Assembly (NCBI RefSeq): GCF_009914755.1
Contig: NC_060927.1
DNA length: 64,000 bases
Reading direction: 5' to 3' (one strand)
Origin: the human T2T-CHM13v2.0 reference genome, Homo sapiens
This document shows, one piece after another, positions 16,426-35,078 of the stretch (position 1 is its first letter; each line of letters begins with the position of its first letter). A model generated the notes under the pieces. That model was not told the origin of the DNA. It ran no database searches and saw nothing but the letters and a program-made list of their open reading frames with translations. The position numbers were made by a program, and so were the translations under genes.

Positions 16426-16830
16426 TTTTTTTTTTTTTTAGACAGGGCTTGCTCTGTTGCCCAGGCTGGAGTGCAGTGGTGCAATCACAGCTCACCACAG
16501 CCTTGATCTTCTGGACTCAAGAGACCCTCCTGCTTCAGCCTCCTGAGTAGCTGGGCCTGTAGGCGGGTACCACCATGCCCAGCTAATTAAATAATTTTTT
16601 TTTTTTTTTTTTAGAAATGAGATCTCAGTATGTCACCCAGGCTGGCCTCAAACTCCTGGGATCAAGTGATTGCCCTGCCTTAGGTTCCCAAACTTACAGG
16701 TGTGAGTCCCCACACCAGTCAACACTGTGGTCTTATGCACCTGGTGTCCCCATAGGCCTGAGCAATGATCCTCCTGCTTCAACTTCCCAAAGTGCTGGGA
16801 TAAGAGATGTGAAGCACCATGTGTGGCCCA
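16426..16830 (-). mobile_element. AluJ plus an extra left-monomer piece
   Basis: Reverse Alu, then about 50 bp of other sequence, then a second left-monomer 5' end. Confidence 0.75.
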
Positions 16831-16912
16831 CACAGAATTCTTATGGGTTAAATTGAGTCCTCCTCAAAAGATGTTGAAATCCTAAATTCTAGTAGCTCAG
16901 AATGTGATCTTA

Positions 16913-17250
<338 letters not shown>

Positions 17251-17312
17251 ATAGGCTTATTGCAGATGCTATTGATTAGGATGAAGTCATCCTGGAGTAG
17301 GGAGGGCCCTAA

Positions 17313-17935
<623 letters not shown>

Positions 17936-18456
17936 AAATATAAGTACGTTTAAATTAACTCTCCTTTTCTCTCCCTCTTCTTCTAAATCATTTTTGCCTG
18001 AGCAACAGCTAGGGTCTAATACGGATGTGATGACTCACTTCAAAGTGGGGGAAGCCAGTCCCCATGTGCGCCCAAAGCTCCTGCTGCGTTGGCTCTGGGC
18101 TCAGAGACTGGACCATTATTCTGGAGGCTTGCTGAAGATCTGAGACAGGGCAGCATTCTCTGTTGCCTTTAAACAAAGGCTGGTGCTCGCCCAGGCATGT
18201 GAGCTCCACAGAGGATCTATTTGGAAGGCAGAATTCTGAGATGACCCCTTAGGTTCTTGCCCTGGATAAATCCCAGGTGTAATCTCCTCTCCCTTGGAGT
18301 GTAGGCAGGACTCGTGGCTTGCTTCTAATCTATACCTATGGAAAAGTTGAAAGGATTTTACAGATGTAACTAAGCCCCTAATCCGTTCCCTTTGAGTTAA
18401 TCAAAAGGGAGATTATTCAGGGTGGGCCTGACATCTTCAGGTGAGATCTTCAATGA

Positions 18457-18900
<444 letters not shown>

Positions 18901-19027
18901 TAATTCCAGCCAACATCTTGATCACAACCTTGTAAGAACCTGAGCAGAGGACCCAGCTAAAGCTGCACCCCCAGACTCCTGACCCACAGGAAAGGAGAGG
19001 TAATAGATGGGTGTTTTAAGCTGCTAA

Positions 19028-19413
<386 letters not shown>

Positions 19414-20050
19414 CTACACACCATTCAATTTTAAGGAACTTCCAGGTGCTGTGGCCAAGCCCCTCTTGTGTGGCATGGAGGATGGGGGAGATGGGTTGGA
19501 AGATGACTGGATGGGGGCACGGAGCTAGGTGGGAAGAGGAAAAGTGTCTTGAAGGAAGTAAGTCCCTTCAGATAAGGGAGGAAGAAGCTTGATCAGTATG
19601 CAGACTTTCACAGTCCTTCAGTCATGGGGATATTGGAGGAGAGACAGGTGTTGCCTTGTATTTGAGAGTTACCATCCCAGGCAGTGACCCTACTTCCACC
19701 TTCTTGCAGGTGGGGCTGGAGGGCAAATACTTAGAGGAGAAATGAACACCCTTTGTAAGCATGTGAAAAGTTTCTGGAGTGGAGAGATGATGAAGCAGGA
19801 TATTTGGAGTCAACAGCCAATGTTTTTATTTTATTTTTTATTTTTTATCATACTTTAAGTTTTAGGGTGCATGTGCACAACGTGCAGGTTTGTTACATAT
19901 GTATACATGTGCCCTGTTGGTGGGCTGCACCCATTAACTCGTCATTTACATTAGGTATATCTCCAAGTGCTATCCCTCCCCCCTTCCCCCACCTGATGAC
20001 AGGCCCCAGTGTGTGATGTTCCCCACGCTTTGTCCAAGTGTTCTTATCGT

Positions 20051-23861
<3,811 letters not shown>

Positions 23862-23924
23862 TATGATGTTAGCTGGTTATTTTGCTCGTTAGTTGATGCA
23901 GCTTCTCCCTAGCCTTGATGGTCT

Positions 23925-24959
23925 TTACAATTTGACATGATTTTGCAGTGGCTGGTACCGGTTGTTCCTTTCCATGTTTAGCACTTCCTTCAGGAGCTCT
24001 TGTAGGGCAGGCCTGGTGGTGACAAAATCTCTCAGCATTTGCTTGTGTGTAAAGGATTTTATTTCTCCTTCACTTGTGAAGCTTCGTTTCACTGGATATG
24101 AGATCTGGGTTGAAAATTCTTCTCTTTAAAATGTTGAAAATTGGCCCCCACTCTCTTCCGGCTTGTAGAGTTTCTGCTGAGAGATCAGTTGTTAGTCTGA
24201 TGGGCTTCCCTTTGCACGTAACCGGACCTTTCTCTCTGGCTGCCCTTAACATTTTTTCCTTCATTTTAACTTTCATGAATCTGACAATTGTGTGTCTTGG
24301 AGTTGCTCTTCTCGAGGAGTATCTTTGTGGCATTCTCTGTATTTCCTGAATTTGAATGTTGGCCTGCCTTGCTAGATTGGGGAAGTTCTCCTGCATAATA
24401 TCCTGCAGAGTGTTTTCCAACTTGGTTCCATTCTCCCCGTCACTTGCAGGTACACCAGTCAGACGTAGATTTGGTCTTTTCACATAGTCCCATATTTCTT
24501 GGAGGCTTTGTTCATTTCCTTATATTCTTTTTTCTCTAAACTTCTCTTCTCGCTTCATTTCATTCATTTCATCTTCCATCACTGATACCCTTTCTTCCAG
24601 TTGATCGAATCGGCTCCTGAGGCTTGTGCATTCGTCATGTAGTTCTCGTGCCTTGGTTTTCAGCTCCATCAGGTCCTTTAAGGACTTCTCTGCATTGGTT
24701 ATTCTAGTTAGCCATTCATCCATTCTAGTTAGCCATTCATCTAATCTTTTTTCAAGGATTTTAACTTCTTTGCCATGGGTTTGAACTTCCTCCTTTAGCT
24801 TGGAGTAGTTTGATCGTCTGAAGCCTTCTTCTCTCAACTCATCAAAGTCATTCTCTGTCCAGCTTTGTTCCATTGCTGGTGAGGAGCTGTATTCCTTTGG
24901 AGGAGGAGAGGCACTCTTATTTTTAGAGTTTCCCATTTTTCTGCTCTGTTTTTTCCCAT
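23925..24959 (-). pseudogene. L1 ORF1, broken
   Basis: EQSWTENDFDELREEGFRR, KRPNLRL, frameshifts. Confidence 0.93.
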
Positions 24960-25534
24960 CTTTGCGGTTTTATCTACCTTTGGTCTTTGATGATGGTGAC
25001 GTACAGATGGGGTTTTGGTGTGGATGTCCCTTCTCTTTGTTTGTTTTCCTTCTAACAGTCAGGAACCTCAGTGCAGGTCTGTTGGAGTTTGCTGGAGGTC
25101 CACTCCAGACCCTGTTAGCCTGCGTATCAGCAGCAGAGGCTGCAGAACAGTGGATATTGGTGAGCAGCAAATGTTGCTGCCTGATCGTTCCTCTGCAAGT
25201 TTTGTCTCAGAGGAGTACCCAGCCATGTGAGGTGTCAGTCTGCCCCTAGTGGGGGGGTGCCTCCCAGTTAGGCTACTCGGGGGTCAGGGACCCACTTGAG
25301 GAGGCAGTCTGTCCATTTTCAGATCTCCAGCTGCGTGCTGGGAGAACCACTACTCTTTTAAAAGCTGTCAGACAGGGACTTTTAAGTCTGCAGAGGATTC
25401 TGCTGCCTTTTGTTTGGCTATGCCCTGCCCCCAGAGGTGGAGTCCACAAAGGCAGTCAGGCCTCCTTAAGCTGCAGTGGGCTCCACCCAGTTCAAGCTTC
25501 CCAGCTGCTTTGTTTACCTACTGAAGCCTAGGCT

Positions 25535-26224
25535 ATGGTGGGCGCTCCTCCCACAGCCTTGCTGCCACCTTGCAGTTTGATCTCAGACTGCTGTGCTAGC
25601 AATGAGCGAGGCTCCGTGGATGTAGGACCCTCCGAGCCATGTGCGGGATATAATCTCCTGGTGTGCCATTTGCTAAGACTGTTGGAAAAGCACAGTATTA
25701 GGGTGGGAGTGACACAATTTTCCAGGTACCATCTATCACCCCTTTCTTTGACTAGGAAAGGGAATTCTCTGACCCCTTGTGCTTCCCGGGTGAGAGAATG
25801 CCTCACCCTGCTTGGGCTCACACTCAGTGCACTGCACCCACTGTCCTGCACCCACTTTCTGACACTCCCCACTGAGATGAACCCAGTACCTCATTTGGAA
25901 ATGCAGAAATCACCTGTCTTCTGTGTCGCTCATGCTGGGAGCTGTAGACTGGAGCTCTTTCTAGTCAGCCATCTTGGCTCCACCCCCGTTATTATGATGC
26001 TTACACAGAGTCCTTTGCTTTCCAGCCACCTCCTCTCCCTCCTTTTTAGGTTGGAATCCCTGTATTTTAGTGGCCACTGGGATTCTGAAATGACCAGGTC
26101 TTTGTCTCAGAGACCTCACACATGCTGTTCCCTCTGCCTGGAACATTTTTCCTTGCTCTGGTCCCCTGAGATCTCTTTCAGCTCAACTGCCCCATGCTCA
26201 GAGAGCCCCTTTCTCCCTCTCTAG
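25535..26224 (+). CDS. L1 antisense ORF0, open and extended into flanking DNA (229 aa; expression unknown)
   Basis: MVGAPPTALLPPCSLISDCCASN resembles the ORF0 N-terminus; Kozak GCTATGG. Confidence 0.4.
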   Translation: MVGAPPTALLPPCSLISDCCASNERGSVDVGPSEPCAGYNLLVCHLLRLLEKHSIRVGVTQFSRYHLSPLSLTRKGNSLTPCASRVRECLTLLGLTLSALHPLSCTHFLTLPTEMNPVPHLEMQKSPVFCVAHAGSCRLELFLVSHLGSTPVIMMLTQSPLLSSHLLSLLFRLESLYFSGHWDSEMTRSLSQRPHTCCSLCLEHFSLLWSPEISFSSTAPCSESPFLPL

Positions 26225-26350
26225 TTTGAAGCCAGTTTACCCCTGTAGTCTGTGCCTGGAAAACTCGTTTTCCTCCTTGGTGCCTCCTGAGTTGTCACAG
26301 GATGTATGTGCCTGTTAGGGTGTCTGGTGTCTGTCTCCCCAGCTAGACTG
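26000..26350 (+). mobile_element. L2 3' fragment
   Basis: CACATGCTGTTCCCTCTGCCTGGAACAT. Confidence 0.65.
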
Positions 26351-26674
26351 CATGCTCCTGGTGTGCTGGAGGGACTGGACTAGCACAGGCCAAGTCCCTG
26401 GGGCTGGAGGGAGCAGGGCAGAAGGCACAGGCAAAAGGCCTTTGTGATCTGGAGGGAAGTGAAGGAGAGGGAGAGAGATGAGAGAGGCTGGCAGAAGATA
26501 GGCCAGTGGCCAGGCTGCATGGGATCTTTTGGGCCACAGAAAGACATTTGAATTCTCATGTAAGAGAACCAGGACACCATTGGAGGGTATGAGTCACCTC
26601 ATCTAACTGAGCTCTGTAAATGTCAATGTTTTATTATTTTTATACAATTCTTTAAAAGTGATTTAAATTATTTA

Positions 26675-26996
26675 CCTTTTTATTTTTATTACTTTTATTT
26701 ATTTATTTATTTTTGAGACAAAATCTTGTGCTATTGGCCAAACTGGAGTGCAATGGCATGATCTCAGCTCACTTCAACTTCCACCTCCTGGGTTCAAGTG
26801 ATTCTCCTGTATCAGACTCCCGAGTAGCTGGGGTTATAGGCGTCTGCCACCACGCCCAGCTTATTTTTGTATTTTTAGGAGAGATGACGTTTCACCATGT
26901 TGGCCAGGCTGGTCTTGAACTCCTGACCTCAGGTAATCCACCTGCCTCAGCCTCCCAAGGTGCTGGGATTACAGGGGTGAGCCACCATGCCCGGCC
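26675..26996 (-). mobile_element. AluS
   Basis: Dimeric Alu in reverse orientation. Confidence 0.88.
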
Positions 26997-27020
26997 TTAT
27001 TTACTTTTTTAAAAAAGATC

Positions 27021-27305
27021 AGGCCAAGCACAGTAGCTCATGTCTCTAATCTCAGCACTTTGGGAGGCTGAGGCGGGATGATCACTTGAGGCCAGGAGTT
27101 CAAAACCAGCCTAGGCAACATAGTGAGACACCCCCTGCTCCAATCTCTAAAAAAATGAGAAAATTAGGCACAGTGGTTGGTCTGTATCCCCAGTTACTGG
27201 AGAGCCTGTAGTAGGCAGGACTGCTTGAGACCAGGAGTTTGAGGCTCCACTGAGCTGTGACTATCCCATTGAGCTACAGCCTGGGCAACAGAGTGAGACC
27301 CTGGA
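27021..27305 (+). mobile_element. AluJ, no tail
   Basis: Diverged dimeric Alu. Confidence 0.8.
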
Positions 27306-27412
27306 GCCGCCTCAGCCTCCCTAGAGCTGACTGAGGTCTGCTTCTTATTCCAGGAATGATGGGTGCTGGGGCTTTGATGGTCATCGGGTGAAATGGGCAG
27401 AGTGGTGCTTAC

Positions 27413-27661
27413 CCGGGATGGTGGTGAAGTGGGACGGGGAGGTCATCGTGACAAAGGGCGGCATGAGGTACTTGGCCTTGAGGCTCTCCCCGGCCTGACG
27501 GTCCAGTTTGGGGGTGTCCACATCCTGATCCTAGTCCCAGTGGAAGCCCTGGAAGGAGATCAGCAGTAGCTCTGAGTGCTCTTCCTCCCTGGGACAGGGT
27601 GGCTACCCAGTAGGACAGGCGGCAGCAGCAGCAGCAGCTGGAGAGCCCCGAGCCCTGTCAC
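27413..27661 (-). pseudogene. ENPP7P: ENPP7-like (alkaline sphingomyelinase/NPP family) unprocessed pseudogene, first coding exon
   Basis: Signal-peptide-like (V)TGLGALQLLLLLPPVLLG, a frameshift, then LLLISFQGFHWD*DQDVDTPKLDRQAGESLKAKYLMPPFVTMTSPSHFTTIPG; recalled ENPP7 reads LLLVSFDGFRWNYDQDVDTPNLD..TMTSPCHFTLVTG; donor GTAAGC at 27412-27407. Confidence 0.9.
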
Positions 27662-27949
27662 CCCACTAGCACCTGTTATGCACTCCTCACAGAGTTCATG
27701 GGCTTCTCCCTCTTTAGTCCGTTGTTGAACAAAGTCCACATTAATAATTCTGCCCAGTTCTGTTGTGAGACAAACAACCCGGAGTGTAGCAAGGTGCCGC
27801 ATATTTGCAGGACAGTATGAAAGCGTTCTGGAGATGGATGGGGGACATGGCTGTACAATGTGGTGGATGCACTTAACACCACTGAATTTTTCCTTTGAAA
27901 ATGGCTAAAATAATAGATTTTGTATGTATTTTACCACAATAAAAAATTA

Positions 27950-28315
<366 letters not shown>

Positions 28316-28404
28316 CTAGATTGGCGCTTTCCTTGGCTTGTATGTCCTGTTTTTATAGGGAGAGCAAATTATTGTTCAGCAGCACTATTAAAATAGCTAC
28401 AACA

Positions 28405-28734
<330 letters not shown>

Positions 28735-28884
28735 TCATGAGCCAGGCACTGTACACGTATACATCATCTCATTTAATTTTTTCTCTTGTTTAAAATTAGT
28801 TTTTCCTCTAATCCCCATGTTGATCAATACTTTCTTAATCCAAGGATTTTATTAGTTGAAAATTTCGCACAAGAATTAAAAATT

Positions 28885-29180
28885 GCCTGGCGTGATGGCT
28901 TACACCTGTTATCCCAGCACTTTGGGAGGCTGAGATGAGAGAATCGCTTGAAGCCAGGAGTTTGGGCTAGTCTGGGCAATATAGTGAGAATGCAACTCTA
29001 TAAAAAAAATTAGAAACCCTGGGTGTGGTAGCCTTCACCTGTAGTCCCAGCTACTTGGAAGACTAGGTGGGAGGATTGCTTGAGCCCAGGCGGTAAAGGC
29101 AGCAGTGAGCTATGATTGTGCCATTGCACTGCAGCCTGGGGGACAGAGTGAGACTCTATCTCTGAAATGAATGAATAAAA
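28885..29180 (+). mobile_element. AluJ
   Basis: Diverged dimeric Alu. Confidence 0.85.
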
Positions 29181-29530
29181 TTGTGGTATAATATATGCAA
29201 CATTTACCATTTTGTGCATCTGAAAGTGTACAATTCAGTGACATTTTGTACATTTATCATGATGTGCAATTATCACCACTACCTAGTTTCAGAGCTTTTT
29301 CAACACCTCCATTGGAAGCCTCATATCCATATCCATTCAGCAGTCACCCTGCATACCCCCTCCCGCAGCCCCTGGAAACCTCTCCTCTACTTTCTATCCC
29401 TGTCAATTGGCTTAGTCTCAACATTGCATATAAATGGAATTGTACAATATATGACCTTTCATGTCTGGTTCTTTCACTGAGCATGTTTTTAACGTTCATC
29501 CATATCACAGCATGGATAAGTTTTATTTTC
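29181..29530 (-). mobile_element. Old L1M 3' fragment
   Basis: AAGTGTACAATTCAGTGAC..CATATAAATGGAATTGTACAATAT. Confidence 0.7.
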
Positions 29531-31272
29531 TTTTTAGACCCTATCTAAAAAGAAAACAAAATGGTAAAACAAACAAAAAAAGTATATAGGATGGAGATCA
29601 GATGTGTCCTGCAAAGCTGATAATATTTACTATTTAGCACTTTACATAGAAGCTTGCCTACCTCTGAATGTTATGCAGGTACAGGGATGACATTTATCTT
29701 GGCACTTATAGAAAGACCTGTAAGTTGTATAAAGATGTCATCATTGGATTTCCAGTAACAAGAAGCGGCAAGACATGACGGTGTGTCCAGGTGTTCAGGT
29801 GAAGTTTAGGGAAGGTCTTGTCTCGATGAGGTCGGATGTGAGACCCAGATGAGATAACCCCATTTCCCCTGCTGAAATTGCCTGAGAATTTCATTCCAGT
29901 TATTTGCGTGGGTTGATTCTTTCGGTTGGGGGTGGGGTGGGTGAGGAGATGAAGTGTCAGGGGAGTTCTATTGTGTATTTGCACAACTTGGCTTTCTTTT
30001 CACTTGGTGTGGTGTTTTGCTGTATGAGGAATTTCATAGACTTTTGTAATGAATATGCAGCTTAGTGGTTTGAGTCCTGCCAGGCGGAGGGTCATATCTC
30101 AGCTCTGCAACTCATTATCTATGACGCCTTGGGGCAGGTCCCATAACTCTCTAAGCCTCTGTTCTATATTCCATGGGGTTGTGAGGTTCAGATGAAATAA
30201 TGCATGCTGGCAGGAATGGTTACTGCTCATGGGATTTCCATGTGCTCCCCGTATTCCCCAGACCCCCAGTAGTTAGATGGATCCATGCCGGGGTCCAATG
30301 CTCTATAAGTGGAAGTCACTGACATCACCTCTAGTCTACAGATTTGAGGGCTTGGGAATAACTATCTCATCCTCTCATCTCCTGGTGCAGTAACTATGGG
30401 AGAATCCCTGCATTAAGATGGTAGAATTTCCATTATTCTAGGTCTTTGAGTGGCCATATGGAGCACACCATACCCAGCCAACCCATTGTGGACATGGAAT
30501 GTAAGAAATCAACCTTGGTTGCTAAGCTGCTGAGACTCTGGGGTTAATTTGTTACTGCAGCATAACCTAGTCCATCCTGACACATGCAGCATGCAAGCCA
30601 CTTACGTTGACCCTTAGCCATGGTAAGTGCTCCACAGATGTTAGTTACTTTTGGTAGGAAGACAGATTGCCTCTGAAAGTTTTGTTAGCTGATCTCATGA
30701 TGCCAATGTTGCTATTTTCTAATTGGATAAATTGGACTTGGCTCTCCTTCCAGCATGTGGGAGAGACAGATGACTGAGAGACAATAAAGCACTATTATCT
30801 TCAGTTTGTGTCCTTGGATACCCTTGGTGGCAATGAACATTGTATGCTCCTCTGAGAAAACTGGACCTAAAGGAGAATGGGAGGTGATACCAGAATTGGG
30901 AATGTCCAAGGCCCCAGGTATTCCCTGGTCTGGAGTCCACTTTGAGTCCTTGGTTGGGAAGATTCTCCGAGGGAACATAAATGCTTTTACTATCTAGTTT
31001 GTCTCTTTGATAATTAAAACTCTTTTTTTTTTCATTCCAGTAGCTTTTGGGGTAGAGTTTGGCTCTTTGAGAATTGCATACTAATTAATTTTAGGGGTCA
31101 TCCATACACATCTCTATATTCCTGAAACACAGTAGAAACAGCCAGCAGTCAGGCAACCATCTACTGTGACCACTAAAACATCCCCAAAGTGAAACACCAG
31201 ATGTGATCTGCTAGGTTTAGTGGAGGTGGCTGGCTCGAGAGTTGATTATATTCATTATCGTCACTGTGGTGA

Positions 31273-31692
<420 letters not shown>

Positions 31693-32475
31693 TAGTGGAG
31701 GATGAACTGCAGGGGAGGGAGGAAGCCTCCTCCTGCCACTATGTTTTCAAGTTGTGCTAATACTCCACCATGGGACATGCAGGCTTGTGGGTCTCAGAGC
31801 TCCAGAAGCATCTCCCAACCACACCATCCTGACCCAGGTTCTACTGAAAAATACATGATTCTAGCAGAGCCATCTCTGACACTTCCCTTCTTTTGAATGG
31901 CTGATCTGTCAGTCATGGGGATCCCTTATGAAAGTGCAGTGTGCTTTGTGAAACTTGAGGTTGATCAAAGAATACCATTAAACTTTGTTAAGAAATGTAC
32001 ATATTGATGACATACGCAGTGGGGTGGAGGTGGGGAAATTCCCAAATACATTTTAGAAATTATCTCACAAGGAGGTAATAGTCAGAATCTTGGTTGCCAG
32101 TGACAGAAACTCATCCTACTAGTGTGGAGTGGAAAAGGGATCATGTTTTGGTCTGCACTCCCCAACCCCAACCCCAAGCAGATGCTGAAAGAGGGACAGG
32201 ATTGCAAGTGGATTATTTAGGAGATGATTCCAGGGAACACCAATAGGGGAGTGAGGAACTGATTCATGAAAAGGCAGGAGGCCACACAGGGGGCTTCAGT
32301 GAGAAGCTTACCACTCCAGGCAACTAGGATTTGACCCCACTGGGGACCTCTGGGAGGTGATGTGGAACACATTTCGAAGTTGTTCCATCTAGGGGACGAA
32401 GATACTGAAGCATTTATAGCCTGGTTCCCATCCGTCACTGGCTGAGGACTGGTCCCAGGGCATCAACTCTCTGGC

Positions 32476-32789
<314 letters not shown>

Positions 32790-33405
32790 TTCTGTGGCTT
32801 TTCTGACATATTCCATGCCTGACTTTGAAAAAACTCTCAGGTGAAAGTCTTGGTTGTATGCAGTAGCAAGCATGTACTAGATTGATAAATACAAAGGGGC
32901 TTACCACAAGATCTCTCTCTCCATCTCTGGATGGAGACACCATCAGATCTCTCTCTCCATCTCTGTCTCTAGGTTTGTCTGCATACTAGCTTAATTTCTT
33001 CTTACTCAAGCCTTTTCTCCATAAGGCGAGATATGTGGTCACAAAAGCTCCTGTATTTCTCATTACACACAGTTCCTGTCATCACAGAGAATGATTAACT
33101 TGGCCTGGTTCCAGTTTGGAAAAATATTCAAGGGAAGAATTCTGATTGGCCAATTTAGGCCAGATGTTCATCCCTGAGCCAATCAACTGAGGCCAGAGGG
33201 GTGGAGTCATGTGAGAACATGGCAGCCCCCATGAGAGGCACGTGACTGGAGTAGGAAGTGTGAGTCTCCATAGAGGGGAGAGGGCTGCTAGGCTGAAAAG
33301 GCAAAAGATGTCTGCAGTAAAAGGAATAGATTAGGAGATATATTCTGTTAAACCTGTTAATTATTAAAAAAAGAAACTTTCAATATACAGTTACAGTATA
33401 CGTGA

Positions 33406-33674
<269 letters not shown>

Positions 33675-33755
33675 TCAGCATGATTTATCAGAAAGGAAAA
33701 ACTTACCATATGCATATTTCCTATGCATAGGCTACTGCTATGAATTCAAATTCTT

Positions 33756-33834
33756 TTTTTTTTCTTTTTTTTTTTTTTTTACTATACTTTAAGTTTTAGG
33801 GTACATGTGCACATTGTGCAGGTTAGTTACATAT
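33756..33834 (-). mobile_element. Very short 5'-truncated young L1 3' end (L1PA2/L1HS-like)
   Basis: Poly-T + TATACTTTAAGTTTTAGGGTACATGTGCACATTGTGCAGGTTAGTTACATAT; TSD AAATTCTT at 33748-33755 and 33835-33842. Confidence 0.9.
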
Positions 33835-34027
33835 AAATTCTTAAGTTCCAAAGATTAATTACTATGTTTCTCAAGACACATAAACTGTGTTAGAATCTGC
33901 TTATAATAAGGCTGAAGTTGAGTAAGAAGAGAACTGGCATTTAGTACACTACTTTTCTTCTGTCGAGTACTGTCAAGTTTAAGTTCTGCCTGGAAGTAGA
34001 TGCACCTCAAGGGAGGGGTACATGTAA

Positions 34028-34029
<2 letters not shown>

Positions 34030-34076
<47 letters not shown>
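34030..34076. repeat. (TG)n microsatellite
   Basis: Seen directly. Confidence 0.97.
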
Positions 34077-34077
<1 letters not shown>

Positions 34078-34243
34078 TAGTTTCCAAAGATGGGTACAAT
34101 TTTCTGCAAACGCTCGTGTAGTGTAATTGAACCAATCTTTCCTTTAAGACGTAGAGTTTATATTCCTCTACATGAATCTGGGCTGCCTATGACTTGCTTT
34201 GGCCAGTGGAATGCTGCCAAAGTGATGGTGACCAACTTCTAGC

Positions 34244-35078
34244 CGTGAAAGGAAAATAAACCTTGGGGACCCAAGATCACTAAGCTAGGCCGGGCTCGGT
34301 GGCTCACGCCTGTAATCCCAGCACTTTGGGAAGCTGAGGCAGGCGGATCACCTGAGGTCAGGAGTTCCCAGCACTTTGGGAAGCTGAGGCGGGCAGATCA
34401 CCGGTCAGGAGCTCAAGACCAGCCTGGCCAACATGATGAAACCCCGTCTCTACTAAAAAATATGAAAATTAGCCAGGTGTGGTGGCAGGCGCCTGTAATC
34501 CCAGCTACTCGGGAGGCTGAGGCAGGGAAAATTGCTTGAACCCTGGAGTTGGAGGTTGCAGTGAGCCGAGATCACACCACTGCACTTCCGCCTGGGCAAT
34601 AGAGTGAGACTCTGTCCCCCCCCAACAAAAAAAAAAGTTACTAAGCTGAAGAGAAATGTCAAGCTGGGAACTGCTTAGGGCAAACCTGCCTCCCATTCTA
34701 TTCAAAGTCACCCCTTTGCTCACTGAGATAAATGTATATCTGATTGCCTCATTTGGAGAGTCTAATCAAGAACTCAAAAGAATGCAACCATTTGTCTCTT
34801 AACTACCTATGACCTGGAAGCCCCCTCCCCACTTCGAGTTGTCTCACCTTCACCTTCACCTGGAGTTGTCCTGCCTTTCCAGACTGGACCAATGTACATC
34901 TTGCACATATTGATTGATGTCTTATGTCTCTCTAAAATGTACGAAACCAAGCTGTGTCCCTACCACCTTAGGTACATGTTGTCAGGACCTCCTGAGGCTG
35001 TATCACAGGGGTGCATTCTCAACCTTGGCAAAATAAACTTTCTGAATTAACTGAGACCTCAGATTTTTGGGATGCATA
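34244..35078 (+). mobile_element. MER4A-type ERV1 solo LTR, interrupted by an Alu and inserted in an MLT1
   Basis: GTGAAAGGAAAATAAA..AAGCTGGGAACTGCTTAGGGCAAACCTGCCTCCC..GCAAAATAAACTT; TSD-like TAGC / TAGT. Confidence 0.8.
34288..34637 (+). mobile_element. AluS with an internal 50-bp duplication
   Basis: TSD ending ACTAAGCT on both sides. Confidence 0.9.

Noticed and set aside
19560-19813. Possible further ENPP7-like exon
   Set aside because: No convincing match to recalled ENPP7 exon 2 or 3 motifs (NHGVVHN, WWDNG, EPDSTGH, SDHG).
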